From Phycisphaeraceae bacterium (GTDB lineage Bacteria > Planctomycetota > Phycisphaerae > Phycisphaerales > Phycisphaeraceae): a stretch of 64,000 nucleotides of DNA. Under the pieces are notes generated by a model. It worked only from the letters and a program-made list of their open reading frames with translations. It ran no database searches and had not been told where the DNA came from. Below, piece after piece: positions 34,438 to 44,662 of the stretch. Position 1 is the stretch's first letter; each line of letters starts with the position of its first letter. The translations under genes and the position numbers were made by a program. The stretch spans positions 4,011,453 through 4,075,452 of the forward strand of contig OY771506.1 in NCBI GenBank assembly GCA_963674705.1, given 5' to 3'.

Positions 34438-35634
34438 GTGATGGCTAAACGTGTGATGGCAATCGTGATAGCGGGATTGGTCTTGCTGGTTCTTTTGCTG
34501 TTAAGCCAGCATCAAAACGGACAACTCAAAGTATCAGGGTTTATCGAAGCGGATGAGATACGTTTAGGTTCACGCGTGGGGGGGCGTGTGAGTGAAGTAT
34601 TTGTGGATGAGGGGCAGGCTGTCAAGGCAGGGGAAGTGCTGCTGAAGCTTGAGCCTTTTGATTTGCAGGCACGCCGTGCGATGGCGGAAGCGGAGCTGGC
34701 GGCCAGGCGTGCAGAATATGCAAGATTAAAAGCTGGTTACCGTGAAGAAGAGATCGCTCAGGCTCAGGCCGAGCGTGATCGTGCCAAAGCAAATCTGGAC
34801 AAACTGATTGCCGGACCTCGCGAAGAAGAGATCGCGGCTGCTGAGGCGCAGGTGCAACAGGCCGAGGCCCAGGCGGAATTGTATCGGATCGTCTTCCAGC
34901 AGAAGTCGACTCTGCGACAGCGTGAAGCGGCGACGCAGGATGAGCTGGACACATCCGAACAGCAGTACAAAGCGGCATTAGCCGTCGTCGAGACGATGCG
35001 TCAGAAGCTCAAGGAATTGCAGGCCGGCTCACGAAAGGAAGACATCGCCAACGCGAAGGCTGCGTACGAAGCAGCGGACCAGTCACTACAGTTATTCGTC
35101 AAGGGGTACCGCACCGAGGATGTCGCGCGAGCCGAAGCGGATGTTCAGGCTGCCGAGGCTTCGCTGCAGGCGATAGAAAGCCAGCTTGAGGAACTGACGA
35201 TCAAAGCCCCGATGGATGGCGTGATCGAAGCGGCGCAGATTCATCCTGGTGATGTTGTCTCGCCGAATGCACCGGTGCTGTCGATGCTTGATCCGGTGAA
35301 CCTTTGGGTCCGAGCGTATGTGCCGGAAAATCATTTGGATTTGCAGCTTGGACAGAAGTTTGATGTGAGTGTGGACAGTTATCCGGATCGCAAGTTTGTC
35401 GGCACGCTGACATTTATTGCGAGGCAGGCCGAGTTCACGCCGGGCAATGTACAGACGCCGGAGGAGCGGTCGAAGCAGGTATTTCGCATCAAGGTCACGC
35501 TGGATGAAGGGCTTGACGAATTGCGGCCGGGGATGACGGCGGATGTGTGGTTGGATAGTGCGCGTAATGCGGGGACTGGTGATAAAACTCAAGACGCTAA
35601 GCCGCAAGCGGCTTCTGTGCCGGCCGGGTCCTGA
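34438..35634 (+). CDS. HlyD-family periplasmic adaptor (YbhG-like, partner of an ABC-2 exporter)
   Basis: An N-terminal TM helix, a lipoyl-like segment (GEVLLKLEP), a long coiled-coil hairpin and a beta-barrel (LTIKAPMDGVI) are present. A fused ABC gene follows directly. Confidence 0.85.
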   Translation: MMAKRVMAIVIAGLVLLVLLLLSQHQNGQLKVSGFIEADEIRLGSRVGGRVSEVFVDEGQAVKAGEVLLKLEPFDLQARRAMAEAELAARRAEYARLKAGYREEEIAQAQAERDRAKANLDKLIAGPREEEIAAAEAQVQQAEAQAELYRIVFQQKSTLRQREAATQDELDTSEQQYKAALAVVETMRQKLKELQAGSRKEDIANAKAAYEAADQSLQLFVKGYRTEDVARAEADVQAAEASLQAIESQLEELTIKAPMDGVIEAAQIHPGDVVSPNAPVLSMLDPVNLWVRAYVPENHLDLQLGQKFDVSVDSYPDRKFVGTLTFIARQAEFTPGNVQTPEERSKQVFRIKVTLDEGLDELRPGMTADVWLDSARNAGTGDKTQDAKPQAASVPAGS

Positions 35635-35667
35635 TATTCGCAGACTGACTTACTGAAGGATCGATCT

Positions 35668-37860
35668 TTGAATCAGCACGAATCGGCAATAGTGACTGAT
35701 GGATTGACCCGGCGCTTCGGCGACCTGGTCGCGGTCGATCATGTCAGCCTGAACGTGCGACGCGGGGCGATCTACGGCCTGCTTGGACCCAACGGCAGCG
35801 GCAAAAGCACGATGATCCGGATGCTCTGCGGCGTGCTTGCGCCAAGCAGTGGTTCAGCCCATGTGCTTGGGTATCGCGTGCCTGAGCAGGCCGAGGCGAT
35901 CAAACGCCGGATCGGGTACATGTCGCAGAGTTTCAGCCTGTACGGCGATCTGACCGTGCGTGAGAACATCGATTTTTACTCACGTATCTATGGGATTCCG
36001 ACATCCCAGCGGCAGGAACGGGCTGACACCGTCATGGAACTGACCGGGATCGGTGACCGGCAATCGCAGATGGCAAGTCATCTGTCAGGCGGATGGAAAC
36101 AGAGACTCGCGCTGAGTTGTGCACTGATGCACGAACCGGACCTGCTGTATCTCGATGAGCCTACCGCCGGGATCGACCCGGTCGCGCGTAGACAGTTGTG
36201 GGACCTGCTGTTCGAGCTGTCCGGACGAGGCGTGACGATGCTCGTGACGACTCACTACATGGACGAGGCCGAGCGCTGCACCGATGTGGGGTATTTGTAT
36301 CGCTCGAAACTGATGGTGTCCGGCCAACCGGCTGATTTGAAACAATTGCCCCAGGTCGTACCCGCAGGCACCACACGATATGAACTGCAGATGCCGGATG
36401 TCGCCCGCCGACTGCCAGAATTAAGAGCACTGGAAGGCGTCCGAGACGCGACCTTGTTCGGCGAGAATGTCCATGCGCTTGTCGATGAAAGGCTGTCGCC
36501 ACAACGGATCGCCAGCCTGATGAATCTCGACATGCAAACGCTGGATGCCCGCCCAATCGCCGCGACACTGGAGGATGTCTTCGTCACCCTGACCCGCGCC
36601 AGTGATGAGCAAGGCTCGGATGTCCAGATTGAAACGCCTCAAGCTGAAGAGCAGGCCGAGAGCATCGAAACACCAACCGGAGTTCCTGCCCAGGACGAAC
36701 CCAAAGATCGGGCATTTGCCGGGTTGGCGGCCGTGCTCATCAAGGAGTTTTCGCATATACGCCGGCAGCCATCAACGCTGTTTTTCATGTTCGTCATCCC
36801 GATCCTGCAGACGATTATCTTCGGATTCGCCATCCAGACACAGATAGAAAATATCCCGACGATCGTGCTGGACATGGACGGCCGACAGGCGGCACGAGAG
36901 TTGGTTGATGCGTTTGATAACACGACAACGTTTACAGTCATCGGCAAAGCAGAGAATGAGGAATCCTTCCGCCAAGCGATGTCTTCGGCCCATGCGCAGG
37001 TTGGCATACTGATCCCGCCGGACTACAGCGATCGGCTACTGCATAACAAGCAGGCACAGGTACAGGTGCTGATTGACGGCAGCGATTCGCAGGTCGCCAC
37101 AACTGCGCTAAACGCCGCCAAATTACTTGGTGTAAACCGGTCGATCTCGATTGGTAAAGCCTTCGCGGATCGCGCGCAGGTCGCAGTGGCGAGAAACGAA
37201 TGGGGCAGCCCAGATCTGCCGATCGAGGTCCGGCCGCGTCTGCTCTATAACCCCGACCTGGAAAGCTCGCACTTTTTCGTGCCGGGGCTGGTCGGCATCA
37301 TCCTGCAACTGGTGACATTGTTCCTAACAGCCTTTGCGATCGTGCGCGAACGTGAATTAGGTACGCTCGAACAATTGTTCGTTACGCCGGTAAGCAGGGC
37401 GGGGCTCTTGTTCGGCAAGCTCATTCCCTACGCTGTCGTGGGCCTGCTTGAGACTCTGCTGGTTCTGTGTGTAATGACGTACATCTTCCAGGTGCCGATC
37501 AATGGGAGCATCCCGCTACTGGTGGCGTTATCGATGTTATTTGTGTTGTGTGGACTGGGGTTGGGCTTATTCATATCGACGGTCGCCAAGAGCCAGCTTG
37601 CCGCGATGCAGTTTGCGTTCCTGGTGATGCTGCCTTCGGTTTTGCTATCCGGATTCATGTTCCCACGAGAGCAGATGCCGCAGATCATCTATTGGGTGAC
37701 ATTTGCGATCCCGGTGACGTATTACCTTCAGATCCTGCGCGGGATCGTCCTGCGATCGGCGGAACTGTCGGACCTGATGCCGGCCGTAACCGGGCTGACC
37801 ATCTGCTGCATCGCAATCCTCAGCCTGAGCGTGGCTCGCTTCCGCAAACAGCTTGGTTAA
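35668..37860 (+). CDS. fused ABC transporter ATP-binding domain plus ABC-2 type permease
   Basis: Walker A is GPNGSGKST, the signature is LSGGWKQR and Walker B is LLYLDEPT. An acidic linker and a 6-TM ABC-2 permease half follow. The start is a TTG. Confidence 0.9.
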   Translation: MNQHESAIVTDGLTRRFGDLVAVDHVSLNVRRGAIYGLLGPNGSGKSTMIRMLCGVLAPSSGSAHVLGYRVPEQAEAIKRRIGYMSQSFSLYGDLTVRENIDFYSRIYGIPTSQRQERADTVMELTGIGDRQSQMASHLSGGWKQRLALSCALMHEPDLLYLDEPTAGIDPVARRQLWDLLFELSGRGVTMLVTTHYMDEAERCTDVGYLYRSKLMVSGQPADLKQLPQVVPAGTTRYELQMPDVARRLPELRALEGVRDATLFGENVHALVDERLSPQRIASLMNLDMQTLDARPIAATLEDVFVTLTRASDEQGSDVQIETPQAEEQAESIETPTGVPAQDEPKDRAFAGLAAVLIKEFSHIRRQPSTLFFMFVIPILQTIIFGFAIQTQIENIPTIVLDMDGRQAARELVDAFDNTTTFTVIGKAENEESFRQAMSSAHAQVGILIPPDYSDRLLHNKQAQVQVLIDGSDSQVATTALNAAKLLGVNRSISIGKAFADRAQVAVARNEWGSPDLPIEVRPRLLYNPDLESSHFFVPGLVGIILQLVTLFLTAFAIVRERELGTLEQLFVTPVSRAGLLFGKLIPYAVVGLLETLLVLCVMTYIFQVPINGSIPLLVALSMLFVLCGLGLGLFISTVAKSQLAAMQFAFLVMLPSVLLSGFMFPREQMPQIIYWVTFAIPVTYYLQILRGIVLRSAELSDLMPAVTGLTICCIAILSLSVARFRKQLG

Positions 37861-37890
37861 TATCACATCACAGTAATGATTCCCGCACTA

Positions 37891-37918
37891 AAGCCCGGGG
37901 ATAGCTATCCCCGGGCCT
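37891..37918 (+). terminator. GC-rich hairpin just after the ABC gene (possible terminator, no U-tract)
   Basis: gcccgggga-tagcta-tccccgggc, a 9-bp perfect stem, lies 30 nt after the stop. Confidence 0.4.
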
Positions 37919-37989
37919 TCCTCCAACGACTCCATGCAATACCGATCCGACTTCTCGCACCCAACACACGGCCGATGACCATTTTTCAA

Positions 37990-38460
37990 ATATCCGCACA
38001 AAAACTGCTCAAAACGTCACCGACATGCGCATGAAAGCGACCCACCTCCATAAATAGGGAGGCTGCAATTTTTCACCGGCCAAGTATCCCACTGATTCCC
38101 AGAGACACTCCCGCAGTGGCTGCGGTACCACAGTGAAAACTTCCGGGGGCCGGGGGGACATCCGGGGGTGTCCGCCCCATGTGCGGACAAAGGCGTTGTC
38201 GTCTGTTATGCGTGAACGAACAATCACCCCTAACCATTTGCCGGACTAAATTTATGACCCGATCACCAGTCATCATCTTCCCCGGCCCCTGTTTGTGCGC
38301 ACAGAGGGCGGACGTCCTACCCCCTGGGGCGGACATGCACCCAAACATCCGCACAACCGAAACTTACAGCAAATTCAGACGCCAACCCTCCCCCCCCGTG
38401 GGCGGACATGGCCGCTCTTGTGCGAACATCGGCGAATGTCGGCCAACATCGTGCCGACCG
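37990..38460. promoter_or_regulatory. array of RTCCGCMC boxes plus a 10-bp-phased degenerate repeat in a 736-bp non-coding gap
   Basis: Boxes lie at 37992-38000(+), 38170-38178(+), 38180-38188(-), 38305-38313(-), 38326-38334(-), 38347-38355(+) and 38399-38407(-). A perfect palindrome tgtccgc-N7-gcggaca is at 38169-38189. The 10-mers ggcggacatg / tgcgaacatc / ggcgaatgtc / ggccaacatc lie at 38401-38450. Confidence 0.4.
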
Positions 38461-38596
38461 GTTGAGGTTTGACATGCAACTGATCCAAACCAAATCCTGC
38501 CCTTGGCCGACAATCCCGACCACGTTACACTGCCCGACCGCAAGCGACTCAAGCCGTTTCGCAAAGTACACCCCAACCACCAGCCACCGGAATCCC

Positions 38597-39685
38597 ATGG
38601 AAGCAGGCATCGTCGGTCTCCCTAACGTCGGTAAATCCACGCTGTTCAACGCGCTGACGGCGGCGGGGATCCCCAGCGAGAATTACCCGTTCTGCACGAT
38701 CGAGCCGAACGTCGGCGTCGTGTCGGTGCCGGACAGCAGGCTGGCGACGATCAACAAGTACATTGAAACCAAGAAGGTGATCCCGGCGATCCTGCGGCTG
38801 GTGGATATCGCTGGACTGGTCAAAGGCGCGAGCCAGGGTGAAGGATTAGGCAACAAGTTTCTTTCGCACATCAAGAACGTCGACGCGGTGTTGCACGTCG
38901 TGCGGTGCTTTGAAGATGAAGACATCGCCCACGTGGATGGCGGCGTCGATCCGATCAGAGACATCGAGACGATCGATACCGAATTGCTGCTCTCGGACCT
39001 GGCAACGATCGAGTCGGCACTCGAGAAGGCGAATCGTGCGGCCCGCACCGGTGATAAGGATGCCAAGGCTCGTGCAGCACTGCTCGATAAATGTCACAAG
39101 CGGTTGGCGGAAGGCAACCCCATCCGGGGTATCGAACTGGACGAAGCACAGGCCAAGGAGTTGAAAAGCTTCGGACTCATCACCGCCAAGCGTGTTTTAT
39201 ATGTCGCCAATGTGGATGAGGACGATCTGCATGGTGAAAGCGAATTCGTACAGCGTGTACGAGCCCGCGCGGAAGCTGAGGGCGGGGTAGTTGTGCCGGT
39301 ATGTGCGAAGCTGGAAAGCGAACTGGCGGAACTCGACGAGGCGGATCGCAAGGAACTGCTTGAAAGCGTGGGTTTAGAAGAGCCTGCCCTGCATGTGCTG
39401 GCCCGCGCTGCGTATCAACTGCTGGGGTTGCAGAGCTACTTTACAGCCGGTCCGAAGGAGATCCGTGCCTGGACGATTCCTGCCGGGGCGACCGGGCCAG
39501 AGGCTGCGGGCGTGATCCACAGCGACTTCGAGCGGGGCTTCATCCGTGTCGAGGTTTATTCCGTGAATGACCTTGATGAATTGAAAAGCGAAAAAGCAAT
39601 CAAGGAAGCGGGCCGTATGCGCGTCGAAGGCAAGGAATACGTCATGCGCGACAGCGATGTGTGCCACTTCCTGTTTAATGTGTAA
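38597..39685 (+). CDS. ychF: redox-regulated ribosome-binding ATPase YchF
   Basis: [35 protein letters not shown].. and the C-terminal TGS-like [25 protein letters not shown] are present. The track ORF starts 189 nt upstream in non-coding-looking sequence. Confidence 0.9.
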   Translation: MEAGIVGLPNVGKSTLFNALTAAGIPSENYPFCTIEPNVGVVSVPDSRLATINKYIETKKVIPAILRLVDIAGLVKGASQGEGLGNKFLSHIKNVDAVLHVVRCFEDEDIAHVDGGVDPIRDIETIDTELLLSDLATIESALEKANRAARTGDKDAKARAALLDKCHKRLAEGNPIRGIELDEAQAKELKSFGLITAKRVLYVANVDEDDLHGESEFVQRVRARAEAEGGVVVPVCAKLESELAELDEADRKELLESVGLEEPALHVLARAAYQLLGLQSYFTAGPKEIRAWTIPAGATGPEAAGVIHSDFERGFIRVEVYSVNDLDELKSEKAIKEAGRMRVEGKEYVMRDSDVCHFLFNV

Positions 39686-39703
39686 ACAACCCCATTACTT
39701 AGT

Positions 39704-40699
39704 TCATGATTTAATTGCCGCTAATCCTGCCTGACTTACGATCCAGCCATAAGCCAACGTGAAGACAGTATAAGCCACGATAAAAATGAGTAAGGCAAAA
39801 CATTGGAAGAACGGCAATACAAGCAGGATCGATGTGAACGCCATGTACTTCCACACTTTCAGTAGGAAGTCAGTGTTTTCATAAACAGCCCCCGCGTTGA
39901 TGTATTCGGCCATCTTGCGTATGAATCCGACAAAACAACCGGGCGCGAAAACAAATGGTAATAAAGCCACTGCAGCAAATTGCATTGGGATGACTTCCAT
40001 GAACACTGCGACAAAACTTGCTGCACCAAGGATCAGTAATCCGATCGAACCGAGCAAGTAAAAAAGCCCAGCATCCTTGGGAACCACAAGGCAGAAAAAC
40101 GGGCCAAAGATCAGCATTGGCATAGCCACCAATAATACTATGCCGGCAATATGAACCATTATATCGGCGGAAGGATTCTGGCTTGTTGCTTGCCATTCGG
40201 CGATCTTTAACAAGATAGAAGCACCAAGCATCCCTAAGTAACCCAGCCCATGCATGAGCAGTCCCACACCCGCGATCTTCGTCCTTACCGCCGATGCGGT
40301 CGAATCATGAGCCGTATCTTTGGCTTGGGTGATCTTGGTCTTGCCGCGCTTCTTGCCGGACCTCAGATCCGTGCCGCACTGGATACAGAGTGCTGCCCCG
40401 GGTTTAATCGCTGCACGGCAATTCGGGCAGACATTGGCAGACAACTCGACCGGGGCCGCTGCCGCTGCACCGCCTTCGGGTCCCAGCAGGGCGGACCAGT
40501 CCGGGCCTTCCCCTTCATGTTCCGCCGGTTCGTCATGCAGGTCATAGCTATCGAATTCATCATCGGGCTCTTCGAAGACCGGGGCTTCGACCGTGAACTT
40601 TTCCCCGCACTTACAGCGGATGCGCTTGCCTTCAAGCTCCGGTTTAAAGCGATATTGTCGATCACAGTGCGGACAGATGAACGTATCAGCCTGGCTCAT
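39704..40699 (-). CDS. hypothetical membrane protein with two N-terminal zinc ribbons
   Basis: CPHCDRQY..CKCGEKF and CPNCRAAI..CIQCGTDL are followed by about 6 TM helices. The TM half has lower GC. Confidence 0.65.
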   Translation of the reverse strand: MSQADTFICPHCDRQYRFKPELEGKRIRCKCGEKFTVEAPVFEEPDDEFDSYDLHDEPAEHEGEGPDWSALLGPEGGAAAAAPVELSANVCPNCRAAIKPGAALCIQCGTDLRSGKKRGKTKITQAKDTAHDSTASAVRTKIAGVGLLMHGLGYLGMLGASILLKIAEWQATSQNPSADIMVHIAGIVLLVAMPMLIFGPFFCLVVPKDAGLFYLLGSIGLLILGAASFVAVFMEVIPMQFAAVALLPFVFAPGCFVGFIRKMAEYINAGAVYENTDFLLKVWKYMAFTSILLVLPFFQCFALLIFIVAYTVFTLAYGWIVSQAGLAAIKS

Positions 40700-40765
40700 G
40701 TGGCCCCCAACACAGAAGTTATGAGATATTAAGAAGTATTGTCTTTCAAGCCGCCTGCCATCATA

Positions 40766-41935
40766 TCAACGTTTGAGTAATTGCTCACGTTGGATCATCA
40801 CTTTTAACGTATGGCAAGCCAGTTCGACCTGCGTCTGGTCCATCCGGTTGAAGAAGGGCAGGGCGAGGGTGCGTTCGCTGATCGATTCAGCGATGGGGAA
40901 GTCGCCCTTCTTGAAGCCGAACTGTTCGCGGTAGAACGGCTGGAGATGGATGCACGGGAAGTAATTGGAAGTGCCGACCTCGTGGCGTCGCATGCCAGTG
41001 ATGATACGGTCACGTTCGACGTGGCCGTATTGATCGGTCAGGCGGACGACGAAGACGAACCAGGACATGTCTTCTTCATGGCCGGGATACAGATTGGGAA
41101 GAATCAGATCGTCAAAGCCCATCAGCCGACGCATGTACATCCCCGCGACGTTCCGTCGAGCGGTAAGAAACTCATCCAGACGCTGCATCTGCGAGCAGCC
41201 CAGAGCCGCGGCGATCTCGGACATGCGGTAGTTGTAGCCCATACGTTCATGGGCAAGCCATGAACCAGAGAAGTGCGCATCGCCCGTATGAGCATTAATG
41301 GCGCGGCCTTGATTGCGCATGGATCGGCAGAGGTCCGCCAGGCGGTCGTCATTGGTGACGATCATGCCGCCTTCGCCGGTGGTGATCTGTTTGTTGGGAT
41401 AGAAAGCGAAGACCGCAGCTCGGCCATAGGAGCCGACGGGTTTACCCATGTGCATCCCACCAAAGCCTTCACAGGAATCTTCGATCAGCGGGATCTCGTT
41501 CGCTCCGGCGACCTGCGCGATACGGTCCATCTGAAGTGGATTACCGAAGACTTCGACGGCGATGATCGCCTTGGTTTTCTCGGTGATCGCTTCTTCGAGC
41601 TTGGTCGGGTCCATGTTCAAGCTGGTCGGATCGATATCGACGAAGACGGGCTTGGCGCCGACCATCAGGATGCAATTGGCGCTGGCGATGAAGCTGAAGG
41701 GTGTGGTAATGACCTCGTCACCGGGGCCGATGCCCAGCGCGAGCAGGATCAGGTGAAGCCCGGCCGTGCCGGAGGAGACCGCAACGCCATGCGTGTTACC
41801 GCTACGTCGGGCGACCATCAGCTCGAACTGGTCCTGCTGCGAACCGATACTCAGCCGTCCGGAGCGGAGTGCTGCGGTGACGGCCTGGATATCTGCATCG
41901 TTAATGTCGGGCTGACTGAGGGGGATTTCACTCAT
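40766..41935 (-). CDS. DegT/DnrJ/EryC1/StrS-family PLP-dependent sugar aminotransferase
   Basis: LSQPDINDADIQAVTAALRSGRLSIG..AVSSGTAGLHL..TPFSFIASAN..FYPNKQITTGEGG, where the Lys in NKQIT is the PLP site. Confidence 0.85.
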   Translation of the reverse strand: MSEIPLSQPDINDADIQAVTAALRSGRLSIGSQQDQFELMVARRSGNTHGVAVSSGTAGLHLILLALGIGPGDEVITTPFSFIASANCILMVGAKPVFVDIDPTSLNMDPTKLEEAITEKTKAIIAVEVFGNPLQMDRIAQVAGANEIPLIEDSCEGFGGMHMGKPVGSYGRAAVFAFYPNKQITTGEGGMIVTNDDRLADLCRSMRNQGRAINAHTGDAHFSGSWLAHERMGYNYRMSEIAAALGCSQMQRLDEFLTARRNVAGMYMRRLMGFDDLILPNLYPGHEEDMSWFVFVVRLTDQYGHVERDRIITGMRRHEVGTSNYFPCIHLQPFYREQFGFKKGDFPIAESISERTLALPFFNRMDQTQVELACHTLKVMIQREQLLKR

Positions 41936-43475
41936 CGGTAATCTGTCCCAGCACGCGGGCCACGGTCTGATCGATTTGGCCAGTGCGTTTAAGGTAAGTC
42001 CAAGCGGCCTGGATACGCAGGGAATCTTCCAGGCTCCCGCTACCGCGTGCCAGTAGCGCCAGGTCCTGCATCTGTTTTTCGTCCATCGGCCGATCTGATC
42101 GCGCGATCAGTAATAGCGCCAGGCCACGGGCGTCGGCGCTGTTGAGTTGGTCTTCGATTCCCGCGACGACGTCCGCCGCCTCGGGCGAACGGGCCCTGAC
42201 CAATCCGAGCAGGATCGCCTGGATGAGCAGCTTGTCACGGCCGGGCTCGATCAGGATCGAACGCAGTATCTGGGATGCGGCGTTTGGATTCAGTTCCTGC
42301 AGAGCCTGACTGGCGTCGATCGCTTCATCCAGACGGCGGGCTTTACCTAGCTGGGGGCTGTGTTCATAAGCGAGGATCAATCCAAGCAGGATAACCTGTG
42401 CATCTATCTCGGAAGCATGTTCGCGTGCGTAATCCAATGCCCATGCGTTGACCATCGGATGCCCCAGTTCGAGCAGTTGCGCGATCGCATCTTCGGATTC
42501 AGAAGAGCCGGTGGTGATCTGCACGCCGACTTTCCCAATGGCATTGATGAGTGGATCGTCGCTTGCGCGCAGTGTTTTAAAGACATCCGGTTCGAGCCAG
42601 GGTGCAAGATGCAGCGCGGTTAATGCCAGACGGACGCGGTTGGCTGGGGAGTCCTTAGCCTCGTCGTATCGTTCGTGCCAGAGTTGCACTGCTCCCGGTG
42701 CCTTAAATCGCATGGCAGTGCGAAGTGCAGCCAATTGCAGCACGGGATCAGCGTCGGTCTGCTTGGCCATGTCGAGCGCCCAGTCAGCGACCTTGTCGAA
42801 GTCATGCTGTAGAGCTGTTTGCAGGAGCATCGCCCGGACTGCATCACGTTGCGGGTCGTCCGAACTGTCCAGCGTATTACGTAGATACTCCGGCCCGGCC
42901 GGATCATCGAGTTGGGTCAGCAGTAAAGCCGCCAGGGCCGAACCACCGAGCTTCTTGGCGTGGGTGAGTGTGTGTTTCAGGGATTCCGGATCATCGAATC
43001 GGCCCACCTCGATCTCACGGACCGCTACGAGCACCTTAACCTCATCAGCCAGACCGTCCCATGCCAGGATCTGGTCGGCTTGATTGTCGCTAAGCAAGCC
43101 GTCGTCCATGGCGGCAGTGATGACGGTGCTCTGGACGGCGGGGTCCTGGATCTGGGCGATCCGGGCAAGGTCAACCTGCTTATCCGGGCTGAGTTCGGCC
43201 TTGCCGAGGATGCCATGGATTTTCAGCCCCGGGTGTTCTGAATCAGAAAGGTACTCAAACAGGGGCAGGGCAGCAGGATCGTCAAGGTGGCGGATGGCTT
43301 TAAGCAGCAGGTTATGCGTGCCACGGCGGTCGACGATGGTGCTCTGCCTGATCAGGTAGGCGGCCGCGTCGGCGACTTCAGCGTCTGTGTCCGCATGGGC
43401 TGGCGTGCTGATCCAAGCCGTGCAGACGGCCAACACGACGCCGAGACAGGTCCATATACCCTTAAGCTCCATCAC
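41928..43475 (-). CDS. hypothetical secreted all-alpha (HEAT/ARM-like repeat) protein
   Basis: The signal peptide is LGVVLAVCTAWISTPAHA. The sequence is repetitive and helix-rich. The stop overlaps the degT-like start by 8 nt. Confidence 0.6.
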   Translation of the reverse strand: MMELKGIWTCLGVVLAVCTAWISTPAHADTDAEVADAAAYLIRQSTIVDRRGTHNLLLKAIRHLDDPAALPLFEYLSDSEHPGLKIHGILGKAELSPDKQVDLARIAQIQDPAVQSTVITAAMDDGLLSDNQADQILAWDGLADEVKVLVAVREIEVGRFDDPESLKHTLTHAKKLGGSALAALLLTQLDDPAGPEYLRNTLDSSDDPQRDAVRAMLLQTALQHDFDKVADWALDMAKQTDADPVLQLAALRTAMRFKAPGAVQLWHERYDEAKDSPANRVRLALTALHLAPWLEPDVFKTLRASDDPLINAIGKVGVQITTGSSESEDAIAQLLELGHPMVNAWALDYAREHASEIDAQVILLGLILAYEHSPQLGKARRLDEAIDASQALQELNPNAASQILRSILIEPGRDKLLIQAILLGLVRARSPEAADVVAGIEDQLNSADARGLALLLIARSDRPMDEKQMQDLALLARGSGSLEDSLRIQAAWTYLKRTGQIDQTVARVLGQITDE

Positions 43476-43562
43476 AACAGTTTACGAGATCGTGGCGGTC
43501 GGTAAAGGACGGCTCCTGTTGTGATTGACCGAAAGGGGCCAAGCGGCGACGATACGCGGCTT

Positions 43563-44648
43563 ATGTCATACGAACGAGAGAACATCCGAAGCCTGAGCCC
43601 GTACGTCCCCGGCGAGCAGCCTGTGGATACGACGGTCGTCAAGCTGAACACCAATGAGAACCCCTATCCGCCCGATCCGGCGGTCCTGGAGGCGGTTGCG
43701 GCGGTGCAGGCAGAGTCCTTAAGGCGTTATCCACCGCCGCTGGCGACTCCGTTCCGCAATACCGCGGCCGAGGTCCATGATCTGGAGCCGCAGCAGGTTA
43801 TCGCCACCAATGGCGGGGACGAATTATTACGCCTGGCGATCACCGTTTTCTGTGACCCGACCGGCTCCGATGGCTCGGGGGGCCTGGGTGAGACCCAGCC
43901 GACTTATTCGCTGTACGACGTGCTGGCGAGGATTCAGGACACGCCGGTGACGCGCGTTCCGCTGGAAGAGGACTGGTCGATCCCGATGGACTTTGCAGCC
44001 AGGCTGAATGATGCAGGTTGTCGGCTGGCGATGGTCGTGAATCCACATGCGCCCAGCGGCCGGTATGAATCCAACGATCGGCTTCGACAGATTGCAGAGG
44101 AATTCAAAGGTGTGCTTCTGGTCGACGAAGCGTATACCAACTTCGCCCGGCTGGATGCCACGGAACTGATCCGAGGTGAGGACGGCCTGAAGAACGTGCT
44201 GCTATTACGCACGATGAGTAAGGGGTATTCTCTGGCCGGGCTGCGCTTCGGCTATGGGCTCGGTCATGCGGACCTGATCGCGGCCCTGGATAAGGTTCGT
44301 GACAGCTACAACACGGACATACTCGCTCAGGCCGCGGCGGTGGCGGCATTGAAAACGCGTGGGGCGGCAAAGAAGAAGTGCGAACTGGTCGTTCAGGAAC
44401 GGCGTCGGCTCGGGGATGAACTGACCCGGATGGGCTGGCGGGTCTGGCCCAGCGACAGCAACTTCATTCTCGCCAAACCGGCTGAAAACAGCCCAAATGC
44501 TAAAGATACCTACGAATACCTAAAGCAGAACCGTGTTATCGTGCGATACTTCGATCAGGACCGCCTTCGCGACAAGCTGCGGATCACCATCGGTTCGCCG
44601 CAACAGAATGACACACTGCTGCGGGTCCTGACAGAACGGCCCAATTAA
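43563..44648 (+). CDS. hisC: histidinol-phosphate aminotransferase
   Basis: [12 protein letters not shown] and [14 protein letters not shown] (PLP Lys) are present, and hisB follows. I prefer the ATG at 43563 over the GTG at 43521. Confidence 0.9.
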   Translation: MSYERENIRSLSPYVPGEQPVDTTVVKLNTNENPYPPDPAVLEAVAAVQAESLRRYPPPLATPFRNTAAEVHDLEPQQVIATNGGDELLRLAITVFCDPTGSDGSGGLGETQPTYSLYDVLARIQDTPVTRVPLEEDWSIPMDFAARLNDAGCRLAMVVNPHAPSGRYESNDRLRQIAEEFKGVLLVDEAYTNFARLDATELIRGEDGLKNVLLLRTMSKGYSLAGLRFGYGLGHADLIAALDKVRDSYNTDILAQAAAVAALKTRGAAKKKCELVVQERRRLGDELTRMGWRVWPSDSNFILAKPAENSPNAKDTYEYLKQNRVIVRYFDQDRLRDKLRITIGSPQQNDTLLRVLTERPN

Positions 44649-44662
44649 TACTCGGAGCAGAC

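Noticed and set aside
38401-38460. CRISPR array or classical tandem-repeat locus
   Set aside because: The units are only 10 nt, degenerate and contiguous, with no spacers. No cas genes are present. Nothing else in the window has a repeat-spacer organisation.
37861-38596. Chromosomal replication origin as the primary explanation for the box-rich gap
   Set aside because: There is no dnaA, dnaN or other origin-linked neighbour. Gene orientation shows no visible switch around it. The box only loosely resembles a DnaA box. I keep it only as a low-probability alternative, testable by GC skew.
38009-38649. Overlapping 70-110-aa ORFs on both strands in the gap upstream of ychF
   Set aside because: The ORFs are mutually overlapping, Arg/Pro/Gly/Cys-rich and generated by the repeated GC-rich boxes. 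I recognised no family motif. I treat the region as non-coding, while noting it could still be a decayed gene.
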